This document shows, piece after piece, positions 1 through 24,799 of a stretch of DNA of 64,000 bases. Every line of letters begins with the position of its first letter. Position 1 is the stretch's first letter. The DNA lies in NCBI RefSeq assembly GCF_030028105.1, contig NC_092384.1, positions 16,685,629 through 16,749,628 on the forward strand. The letters run 5' to 3'. The notes under the pieces were generated by a model, which saw only the letters and a list, made by a program, of their open reading frames with translations, searched no databases and was not told the origin of the DNA. The translations under genes and the position numbers were made by a program. The stretch comes from Mobula birostris (Eukaryota).

Positions 1-184
1 GGGAGGTGATGGGCAGGTAAGGAGATAAGGTGAGAAAGAGAAATGTCCCCCTACCCCGTTCACCATTCCCTCTCTTATCTTATCTCCTTATACAGTATTT
101 TGACTGTTTGTGGAGAACATGGATCTTAAGATTGTATTCTGCAGACAGAGTTTGATAATACATGTACTTTGAATCATTTTGACC

Positions 185-320
185 TTCCCATTGGTTTCAG
201 CAACCATGAGCCGGCCGCCTCCCCGGACTAGCCAATCATATGAGACTCCCTCCTCGCGCCCTTCTATCACCCGGATGTGGTGCGCTCTTCCGGAAGTGAA
301 TCTTCCCGGTTAAAGCGCCA
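185..320 (+). promoter_or_regulatory. CpG-rich, TATA-less promoter region of NUDT21
   Basis: ATTGG 190-194, CCAAT 232-236, ETS-type CCGGATGT 271-278 and CCGGAAGT 290-297 (in palindrome CTTCCGGAAG 287-296). Local CpG enrichment upstream of the ATG at 430. Confidence 0.6.
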
Positions 321-429
321 AGGCTTTTGAGGATCCGAGTTCTTGCGGTTGTAGTTTTTGGTTGTTTTCTTCAATCTCTGCGGCTTCTGCCACCTAGGTG
401 TCCACTCGTGCACCCGGGAATCTGTTGCT

Positions 430-14297
<13,868 letters not shown>

Positions 14298-16480
14298 AGG
14301 TTATGGAATCGTGTTCAAAAATCCTAATGGAGATATGACTCCAGTTTTTTGTGAACATCTGAGGCAGTAGTGTGGCTTCTCAGACAGAGACTAAATCAGT
14401 TCTTCAAGCCAAATCCAGTGACATCTGCAGAACCTGACCTGCCTCTGCTGACACTCAAGTGGGATTTTGTTCAACTCTCCGCCAATTATAAAGCCAAGAA
14501 GCTTTAATTGGTGCATTTGTTTTTTTTAGAAATATTGTCTGCTTATGTAATTGTTTGCATTTTCTACTTTATTAAATGGAAAATACCTCTTTTTTGAGGG
14601 TTTTAATGAACTGTAGTTTGTGTACTTTGTGTATCATCATTTATTTTGTAATTGGATATGACAGAAACTTAGTATATAGATTAATTAAAAAGAACACTGA
14701 CCTGATTTCCTCTGGTTTGGTTTGTATGGCAGAAATGAGTTTTTAATTATGGGCCTGTCATTGTTTACGCCAGTTCCATTATTTGCCTTCTTAAAGGCTA
14801 TTATGTAATTGGCTAGATTTGGGATAATACATTTTAAGATGTATTCGTTTGAGTGACTGAGCATGACCTGAGCTTATTCAGAATGTGAATGATCAAATCT
14901 GAGCAAATTGGCAATTCCAGGTATACGTGGCTCTTCGGAGGTCCTATTATTATGTATCCCAATTACAGATGAGTGGGGAATACTTAATCACAAAAGGGGC
15001 AAACTGAATTGGGCTATGGTTATTATTGAAGAAGATTTTTTTTAAAAAGAAGTCACTTGCATGTGAATTTCACTTGCTCTTTAATGACTCTGATCTTAGT
15101 TTGTCCTTCTAATTTTGGTTCTTTCAAAATGCAGTTTTAGCCTAATTTGGAAGTTTTGAGAGGAAATGTCTAATGCCAGGCAACTCTACTGCAATTTGAA
15201 GTGTTCCTTTCTGAGCTTGGTGCATTCCAAATGATGTTACTTATTTTCAGCAATTTGTTTTGGAACATGGGAGTATAGTCATCAAATGTAGAAATTTTGA
15301 GAAGGTCTACCATGACCAAATCAATAAATGTGCTCTTGACTAGTTCCTACATTTGAAGAAACGTTCAAAGAATCTTGTCATCTGTTGTTAAAACTTAATG
15401 GAGATTTCAGTCCTGACCCTTTATGATTGTATATTGTGTTGTTCATTTAGGTATCATTTCAGCTTTGTAAGATGTTGTGCATGATGTATTTTTGCAGATG
15501 GCTTGGGTGTTTGCCTATACTGCTCATTTCATCTCCATGTACTATTTTGCTCCCTTAAATTAAGCAAAAGGGCAGAAGGATTGTTTAGGGGAATGTGTTG
15601 AAGAAGCAATACATACACTTTGGATAGTACCTTTGGAGAGATAGCAAACTGCTGCTTGTTTGCCCATAACGGTTGACTGTGGCCACCTAATGTTATACCA
15701 GGGAAATTGTAGTTCTCAAGGTTGAGTGGTGGATTTTCTTTTCTCCACATTGTACAGCAGTGCGAAAAAAAAAAAAAAAAAAAGCTAATACTGCATCACT
15801 CCCTGGCCAATGTGGGTATCTTTTTTTTAAGCTCAATAACAGTTTAATCCTTATCTCTCCTTTTAAACTGTAAGCTCTACTGCTAATTGGTACCCTGTGT
15901 CTGTGTTTTCCTCCAGGTGCTTCCACTTTAAAAAGTTTGTTGGTTGGCTGCTGTAAGTTATCCCTAGAAAGGGAGAATATGTTGGTGAACTGAAGTGAAT
16001 GGCACTGCTGAGAGCTGGCACAGGTTAAATATGCATTAGTGCAAGAAGACCTGTATGAAATACCTGCATGAATCCATTACACCTTTCCCCTGCATTCTGT
16101 AAATCGTGGTCAGAATACACAATTGTTCTCAGGTGCAGCAGGTCTCCAAACCAGATATTGGTGATTGTGGCTGTTACGTTCCTGTGGTTTGAAACTCCTT
16201 TAAAATCTATCACTGGCTCTTCAAGTCTTTCTGTGCATATACTTGAAGCTGGTGAGGAAGACAGCATTTCAGTTATAGGTACAGACGGTACCACCTAATT
16301 CTGTACTGCTTCAGTACAGCCTATGTTAACTTAGGAAATGGTGCCTTTCTCTCATGTGGCAGTGGTTTGCAATTCCTTGTTTTGTTTTAATGCAGATGCC
16401 AGTCGCTGCAAATGATGGACATCAAGTCGTGGGTGAATTTGAAAAAGTTTTAATTAAATGAAAATAAAATTATTTTTATA
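14298..16480 (+). terminator. NUDT21 3' UTR with candidate poly(A) signals
   Basis: ATTAAA 14571-14576 and 14684-14689, AATAAA 15323-15328, ATTAAA 16453-16458 and AATAAA 16463-16468. U-rich and free of obvious large TEs until ~16680. True 3' end unknown. Confidence 0.5.
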
Positions 16481-16689
16481 AAGTTTGAATTAATGGCTAT
16501 TTACTTAGACGGTGTAAGTTATTGCAATCTGAGCTTGCCCAATGCATTGCAGACTTCCAGAACACAGCATAAGTGGGTGAAGGTATATTTTCAATTTGCA
16601 CTTGTTTTGGACATTAAATCACCAGTTATCGGTGGGTTACTACCAATCTCTTCAATGTTCAAAGTAACTTTATGATATACACACATTGA

Positions 16690-18131
16690 TAATAGAAGTT
16701 TTCATGTTTTATTGTTTTAGAACATTGAATCACAGTGCATTTAATTTGGCTTTTTTGTCACTGATCAACAGAAAAATACTCTTTCATGTCAAAGTGATAT
16801 CGGATCTATACAAAGTGATCTAAATTAACTACAAATAAAACACAAAATAATTGATTGCATAAGTATCCACCCCACCAATATGACACATCTAATCTGTTTT
16901 TGGAGACCTGTGTGCAGTCAAGGTATTTTCATTGATTGTAGTAAAAACGCACCTGTATGTGGAAGGTCCAACTGCTGGTGAGTCAGTATCATGGCAAAAA
17001 CTACACTAAGCAACTCCATGAAAAGGTTATTACAAAGCACAAGTCAATTAACTGAATACAGGTAAGTCAATAGCAAGAGATGGAAAGGATATGGCACAGC
17101 TGTAAATCTGCTGACGGTAGGCCATCCTTAAAAACTGAATGACCATCCTTGGGCCATCCTTAAAAACTGAAAGAAAGGGGACTAGTGAGGAAGGCCATCC
17201 TGGAGCATTTACAAGCTTCAGTAGCTGATAGGGGAGAGACTGCACAAACAAAAACTCTTGCCTGTGTACTTCCATCAGTCATAGCTTTATAGGAGAGTGG
17301 CATAGAGAAAGCCACTGCTGGTTCATTTCTCGTGCCTGCTTTGTGCAACTGTTTTCAATGTTCTCACTTACTTTGTAGCAGCTGTTGATGTGACTTCGAG
17401 TATAGTGGACAAATTTCCCGAAGACCTGACCCCGGGGTGGGGGGAAGGAACTTGCATGAAATCGCAGCTGGAGTTTGCCAGAAGGCATGTGGGAGACTCA
17501 GAAGTCAGCTAGAAGTAGGTTCTATGGTCTGATGAGATCAAAATTGAACTTCTTGCATCAGACTAAATGCTATGTTTGGTGTAAGCCAAAAGCCGCACAT
17601 CATCAGAAACACGCCATCCCTGCCGTGAAGCATGGTGGTGACTGCATCATGCTGTGGGGATGCTTCACTGCAGCAGGCCCTGGAAGGTTTGTGAGGGTAG
17701 AGGGTAAAAGAAGTGCAGCAAAATACTGGGAAATCCTGGAGGAAAACCGGATGCAATCTTCAAGAGAACTGTGACTTGAGATTTGTTTTCCAGCATGACA
17801 ATGACCCCAAGCATAAAGCCAAAACCACACAGGAATGGCTTAAAAACAACAAAGTTAATGTCCTGGAGTGGCCTCAATTGAATTGAAAAGAGCTGTTCTC
17901 TCATGATTCCCCATGCAATTTGACAGCTTGAACAGTTTTGTAAAGAAGAAAGGGGAAAATTGCAGTGTTCAGATGTGCAAAGCTGATACAGAGACCTATC
18001 ACATAGACTCAAGGTTGTAATTGCTGCCAAAGGTGCATCTGCTAAATACTGACGTGAAGGGGTTGAATACTTATGCAATCAATTATTTTATGTTTTATAT
18101 TTGTACTTAATCTATATCACCTTGTAGAAAG
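16690..18131 (+). mobile_element. Second Tc1-like transposon, internally deleted, right TIR truncated
   Basis: Inverted inner repeats 16844-16873 / 18059-18089; transposase remnants [40 protein letters not shown]. Left boundary approximate. Confidence 0.85.
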
Positions 18132-18132
18132 C

Positions 18133-18560
18133 TGTACACACCCAAACCATATACAACCCTCAAATTTGTTTTATTGCAGGCATACTCAATAAATCTAAGA
18201 AACATGATAGAATCAGTTAAAGACTGCACCCAAGAGGACGGACAGACACAAGATGGCAAACCATACAAATACAGATGAAATAATGAATAAGTAAGCAATA
18301 AATATTGAAAACATGAGATGAAGAGTCCTTGAAAGTGAGTCCATAGGTTGTGGGAACACTTCAGTGATGAGGTGAGTGAATCCCAGTAGTTCAAGAGCCC
18401 AATAGTTGAGGGGTAATAACTGTTCCTGAACCTGGTGTGTGGATTCTGAGGCTGGTGTACCACCTTCCTCACGGCAGCAGTGAGAAGAGCACCGCCTGGC
18501 TGGTAGGGATGGATGCTGTTTTCCTGAGACAGAGTTCTGTCTAGCTGTGCTCTAGATTGT
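18133..18560 (-). mobile_element. Rex1/Babar-like LINE 3' fragment
   Basis: C-terminal motif TRFRNSYYPSTIGLLN in ORF 18107-18472, followed by 3' UTR-like sequence. Confidence 0.6.
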
Positions 18561-19049
18561 CAGGTCTGTTGAAGGTGGAAATAGCTACTTTGCTTCTCAC
18601 CTTGATATGGATTATCTCTTGTTGGCAGCAATAAATAACTTGTGACAACACCCTTCCTGAAACACGAATGTCTCCATATATGTTGCCTGACCTGAGTTCC
18701 TTTAGTATTTTGTTTTTGTCCCTTAATAATACTTCTTATCAGTATTCACCAAGGAGGAGGAAATGTACATGGATAATGTGTAGGGACACGTGTCCTCAGA
18801 ACCACAGGAATGTCTCAGGAGCTATTGAAATTGAGAGGGGGTTAGATGGGAGCCTGATAGAAATGTTAACATCTTCATTCACCACAGGTAATACTGAAAG
18901 TTAACCAATTTAATAATTTATTAAATAACTATATTTTGAAGTAAAACTTCACTTAGTAACTGTAGCAGGAATTAACCAAGTAATAGGCCAGTGAGACTCA
19001 TTATCAAGTGAAGAAAGTCCAAAGAGAAAAGTTTTATAACAGCGGAAGT

Positions 19050-19580
19050 GTAGGTGTGTAGGTGGTATATCTGTCTTGTATGTGGCAAGGCGGTGAAAGT
19101 CTGTATGACTGTGTGGTGGAAGTTGCGTCTGATCAATTTGATTGAGCTTTTGGAGGGAGCAACTAAGACAATTGCTGAACATAGAATGGTATGCATTGTT
19201 TATATGGATTTTAGTAAAGCACTTCACAAGGTCCCGCATGATATGTCGGACTAGAAAGTTAAGACAGGGGCTGGAAGGTGAGCTGGTTAATTGGATCTGG
19301 TATTGACTAAGTGATTAGGAGGCAGGGTACATTGGTGGGAGGATGTTCTCTTTACTGGTGACGAGTGGTGTATTGCAGGGATCTGTGCTGGGAGCCGTGT
19401 TTGTGATGTATTTTAATTTTGGGTGAATGCAGGAACCGTGCTTTGTGGATGAATCAATGTTGGTGGTGTGGATGATGGGGAAGGCTTTTCAGGCTAAAAC
19501 AGGACAGATTTGGGCCTTATTTAAGCAAAGTGTTTGGTGAAACTATGAGCCAAAAGGCCTGTTTCTGAAATGTACAACTC
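19050..19580 (+). mobile_element. Decayed CR1 RT fragments
   Basis: VYMDFSKALHKVPH; ggtgtattgcagggatctgtgctggg (GVxQGSVLG). Confidence 0.7.
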
Positions 19581-19919
19581 TCTAAGAGGATACTAGTATC
19601 TTCAAACGAGTTTAGATTTTGAGCCTCATAAGATCGTATTGGATTGACAAAACCAAAAGAACCACGCATCATATTTGAGAAGATGCAAGAAGCTTGGCAG
19701 CGTAGGGGAAATTCCAGAGATAAGGTTTGGCGTGGACATCAGCAGCTCAGAGCCGAAAATCGTGCCCCTCCAAAGAAAAACATCGAAGGAGAGTGGAAAA
19801 TTGTAGGCCTAAAGCGGGATAGGAGATTGGTAAGTGCGAGAATGGGGGAAAAATCTAGGCCCCATTGAACTGAGAGAGGGATGACTGAGTTGTGCGTCCT
19901 GTGACTGATAAACTGTACA

Positions 19920-20030
19920 TGCTGTCTTCTCACTGCTGCTATCAGGAAGGTGCTACAGGGGCCTCAGAATCCACGCACCAGATTCAGGAACAGTTATTAC
20001 CCCTCAACCATCAGGCTCTTGAACTAGTGG
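19920..20030 (+). mobile_element. Rex1/Babar-like LINE C-terminal fragment
   Basis: FSLLLSGR...TRFRNSYYPSTIRLLN, same motif as 18133-18560 in opposite orientation. Confidence 0.6.
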
Positions 20031-20610
20031 GCAAAACTTCACAGAAATACATACAGACATGCTTATGTGGGATTGTTCTCTTACGATCCCATTGTGTTGA
20101 TGGAACTCGATTAACTTATTCTTTTCCTTCCAGTCCTTTTTTGACTAGATGGTGGATTACGCTCCACTTACCCGCATAAATCCAGCTCTAACAAAATCCA
20201 AGAAGCTCTATGTCATCCAGGAACAAGCAGCACCAATGCAGGGGTTCCCAACCTGCTGTCTGCAGTCCATGGATCGCTTGTTTAATGATAGGGCTGCATT
20301 GCAAAATAAAAGTTGGGAGCCCTGTTCTAGAGCATTACTGCGCTTTTACATTGCTTCCCTGTGGCTGTAGAGCATGAAAATTATACACAAATGGAATAAA
20401 TATTGCCATTCCATGATCATGCCAGGGTTTATATCCCATTACTCTCTGTATAACAGCATTGTCCATGTATCGTCACTTAAAAGCCAGCGGCCAGTTCAAA
20501 CAGATGGGTCTGCATCTCTTTGTCAGTTCGAGACTTCTTTAATAATAGATCACAGCATTCTACTTTCTCTATTTGTTAATATTTAGTTACATACATGATA
20601 TTTAGACTTG

Positions 20611-21165
20611 AACATAGAATAATACAGTACAGTCCCTTCGGTCCACAACGTGTGCCGACCCTTAAACCCTACCTCCCATATAACCCCACCACCTTAAATT
20701 CCTCCATATACCTGTCTAGTAGTCTCTTAAATTTCACTAGTGTATCTGCCTCCACCACTGACTCAGGCAGTGCATCCACGCACCAACCACTCTCTGAGCA
20801 AAAAACCTTCCTCTAATATCCCCCTTGAACTTCCCACCCCTTACCTTAAAGCCATGTCCCCTTGTATTGAGCAGTGGTGCCCTGGGGAAGAGGCGCTGGC
20901 TATCCACTCTTATCTATTCCTCTTATTATCTTGTACACCTCTATCATATCTCCTCTCATCCTCCTTCTCTCCAAAGAGTAAAGCCCTAGCTGCCTTAATC
21001 TCTGATCATAATGCATACTCTCTAAACCAGGCAGCATCCTGGTAAATCTCCTCTGTACCCTTTCCAATGCTTCCACATCCTTCCTATAGTGAGGTGACCA
21101 GAACTGGACACAGTACTCCAAGTGTGGACTAACCCAAGTTTTATAGAACTGCATCATTGCCATGG
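20611..21165 (-). mobile_element. CR1 LINE 3' end (5'-truncated)
   Basis: ORF 20900-21181 HLEYCVQFWSPHYRKDVEALERVQRRFTRMLPGL; 3' UTR and tail closely match 36290-36808. Confidence 0.9.
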
Positions 21166-21899
21166 ACTTGGACCAATCCACACATAAACATTTTCTTTAT
21201 CAAACTTTACGAGATGTGATGATGAGGAACTGCTTCTGAAGCAAGTCCCTTGCTCTTTCAGGTAAGCCTTTCGTTCCTGAAGGGGTTATAACCTCAAACA
21301 CGGCACACTCACAATGGACGAAGTTTATGATGGATGGGGCAATGTGCTGGGTCGTCTTTAAGTACAGGTTTATTCCAAGCTGTAGTTTTGGAGACATTGG
21401 TCTTATGGAATGACACTGGAGTTCTAATGTTTGTGTGCCTTAGGGGAGCCATCTCACTCCAAGAGGTACTGCGGCTGGTGGAAGTTAAGCTGGGTAATTT
21501 CTTATTTTAATGGCAGACAAAATCAGTGAAGAAAGAAAGGGGGCTCCACACTCCTTTCTATACTCTGATCCTTGATAAATTCACTTCTCTTGCAAAGAAT
21601 GTGGCAGCTTTTCAACAACAGGACTAATGCCACGAGAAGAAATGTTCCTGCTATATTCATTCATTCCAACTTGAAATTTTCAAGCCAAGGGTTTCAACAT
21701 CTTGCTTGTAAAATTACTTTAACAACAATTCCAATTTAGTCATTGGACTTTAAACAATCTAGTAAAGCCTCTCTCTACCTTTTTGCTCTGGAGGAACCCT
21801 TGAAATAATTTTCATGTCTCAGAGAAGCCCTGCGTAAAAATTATTATGTCTACAGCTCACTGCATGTTAGCGTGATTAGTAAGTTGCAGCAATAACAAT

Positions 21900-22505
21900 C
21901 CAAAAATAATTGTCAATGGTCTTGAAGCACTTTGATTTCCTCTGCTGCCTAAGTCTAGGAGAAACAATCTCTGGCCCCGCCAAACGAGTGAGATTGAGGT
22001 GCGAGTATCCCCCCCAACCCCAAAACCTCCTGTTTGTGTGGATGCTGTGTAATTCACTACCCTGTTACAAACTAATGCCGTGAAATAATGGACAGTACAG
22101 TGCATACTAGTAAAGGAATTATATTTATGAATCTTAACTAAAGGGTTAGTAAATAATAACATAAAGAAATGGGCCCATTTTAAATAAACAGTCAAATATT
22201 CACAAGTTGGAGGTCACCTTGAACTTCTCTGTCACTCACGCACTGGGCCCTCAGTCAGTGTGAACGCCCACACCACCCTTCCAAACATTGCTCGCAATCC
22301 ATCTCAAACAAACTGGTCTCCCATCGGATCGTGTGCTACAACCAGTTCTCCCCAGCATCTTCTCTCTTCACTTCCTATCGATCAAAAGCCCAAGACCAAC
22401 CCTATTGTCCCTCACCAAGAAAAATCTCGCGCTACTTGGATGGCACATATTCCACATCATCCCTTATCTTCAACAAGGCTGAAAGTGGAACAAACAGCTC
22501 TTACA
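21900..22505 (-). mobile_element. Putative solo LTR related to the Gypsy element at 29841-31382
   Basis: Shares tctaggagaaac...ggccccgccaaac with 29884-29913 and ends in ...cttaCA. Left end and TSD not found. Confidence 0.35.
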
Positions 22506-22987
22506 GATCTGTTGAATGAAATACCTACAGAACAATAGTAAAGATGTGAATCAGGGCACCACAATCTTTTAGGTGGAGAATAATTTTTTAGCTAGCCTTT
22601 CTTGAAAAAAAGGTAGTTAAGCTTAGCTTACCTTACTTGAGATTAATATCTTTCTTTCTCTATCATAAATTTTTAAATTCGTAAGGCAAACATAATACAT
22701 ATCTGTTAAATAACTGGCTTAAGCCTAACGGGATCTAATTTTTCTAAAGGTAGGCTTGGTAGATTTAATTTAAATAAAGATTGTAAATTGATTTTAATTA
22801 ATGCTACTTGCAACATGAAAAATTATTTACAATGTTTATTGGTAAAGTTATTAAAAACCATAAACTAATGCAATATGAATAAAAATAATATCAATGAGAC
22901 ACAATGTTTGCAAGACTTTGAAAATCTACTTTCTTATTAACTGACATAATCAGGCTTAAATATAGGCCAAGCACATGAAACCTCTGG

Positions 22988-24640
22988 CAACACACATCAA
23001 AGTTGCTGGTGAATGTAGCAGGCCAGGCAGCATCTCTAGGAAGAGGTACAGTCGAGGTTTCGGGCTGAGACCCTTTGTCAGGACTAACTGAAGGAGGAGC
23101 TAGTGAGAGATTTGAAAGTGGGAGGGGGAGATCCAAAATGATAGGAGAAGACAGGAGGGGGAGGGATGGAGCCAAGAGCTGGACAGGTGATTGGCAAAAG
23201 GGATATGAGAGGATCATGGGACGGGAGGCCTAGGGTGAAAGAAAGGGGGAGGGGGGAAACCCAGAGTATGGGCAAGGAGTACAGTGAGAGGGACAGAGGG
23301 AGTAAAAGTAGAGAGAGAGGAAAAGAATATATATAGATGAGGTACGAGGGGGAGGTGGGGCATTAACAGAAGTTGGAGAAGTCAATGTTCATGCCATCAG
23401 GTTGGAGGCTACCCAGATGGAATATAAGGTGTTGTTCCTCCAACCTGAGTGTGGCTTCATCTTGACAGTAGAGGAGGCCGTGGATAGACATATCGGAATG
23501 GGAATGGGACATGGAATTAAAATGCGTGGCCACTGGGAGATTCTGCTTTCTCTGGCGGACAGAGCGTAGGTGTTCAGCGAGATGGTCTCCCAGTCTTCCT
23601 CGGGTGTCGTCAATATATAGAAGGCCTCATCGGGAGCACTGGATGCAGTATATCACCCCAGCCGACTCACAGTTGAAGTGTCACCTCACCTAGAAAGACT
23701 AGGGGCCTTGAATGGTAGTGAGGGAGGAAGTGTATGGGCATGTGTAGCACTTGTTCTGCTTACAAGGATAAGTGCCAGGAGGGAGATCGGTGGGGAGGGA
23801 TAGCGGGGGGGATCGAATAGACAAGGGAGTCACGTAGGGAGCGATCCCTGCGGGAAGCAGGGAAGAAAGATGTGCTTAGTGGTGGGATCCCGTTGGAGGT
23901 GGCGGAAGTTACAGAGAGTTATATGTTGGACCCGGAGGCTGGTGGGGTGGTATGTGAGGACAAGGGGAACCCTATTCCTAGTGGGGTGGCAGGAGGATGG
24001 GGTGAAAACAGATGTGCGTGAAATGGGAGAGATACGTTTGACAGCAGAGTTGATAGTGGAGGAATGGAAGCCCCTTTCTTTAAAAAAGGAGGACATCTCC
24101 TTCGTCCTGGAATGAAAACCCTCATCCTGAGAGCAGATGTGGCGAAGATGGAGGAATTGCGAGAAGGGGATGGCATTTTTGCAAGAGACAGGGTGAGAAG
24201 AGGAATAGTCCAGATAGCTGTGAGAGTCCGTAGGCTTATAGTAGACATCAGTAGATAAGCTGTCTCCAGAGACAGAGACAGAATGATCTAGAAAGGGGAG
24301 GGAGGTGTTGGAAATGGACCAGATAAACTTGAGGTCAGGGTGAAAGTTGGAGGCAAAGTTAATAAAGCCAACGAGCTCAGCATACGTGCATGGAGCAGTG
24401 CCAATGCAGTCATCAATGTAACAAAGGAAAAGTGGGGGACAGATACCAGTATAGTTTCGGAACATAGATTGTTCCACAAAGCCAACAAAAAGGCAGGCAC
24501 AGCTGGGACCCATACGGTTTCCTATGGTGACACCTTTAGTTTGGATGAAGTGGGAGGAGCCAAAGGAGAAACTATTAAGAGTAGGGACTAATTCCGCTAG
24601 ACGGAGCAGAGTGGTGGTAGAGGGGAACTGGTTAGGTCTA
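22988..24640 (-). mobile_element. Penelope-like retroelement 3' portion (RT + GIY-YIG endonuclease + terminal repeat with degenerate hammerhead 23049-23086)
   Basis: RT: MGPSCACLFVG, YIDDCIG, KPTDSHSYLDYSSSHP, IPFSQF. Endonuclease: GVIYCIQCSR*GLLYID...AEHLRSV...VATHFN...LEEQHLIFHLGSLQPDGMNIDF. In-frame stops present. Confidence 0.92.
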
Positions 24641-24799
24641 TTAAGTTAGTTTTTTTCCGACTGGACAGTCCTGAGGGGATTTTCTTTGTCAATCATTTTG
24701 CTTCTCTTTCTGATCAAGTCATGTTTCGCCCTTTCTTCTGATTTAGGCTGCGCCTGCGCATTAGATTACTTTATAAAATTTTTAAATTAAACTTTAAAT

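Noticed and set aside
88-270. Minus-strand ORF as possible OGFOD1 exon 1
   Set aside because: No resemblance to the OGFOD1 N-terminus as recalled and no convincing donor site.
15765-15783. A19 tract in the NUDT21 3' UTR
   Set aside because: Genomic A-run with no TSD or retrocopy; mainly a source of internal priming in 3'-seq.
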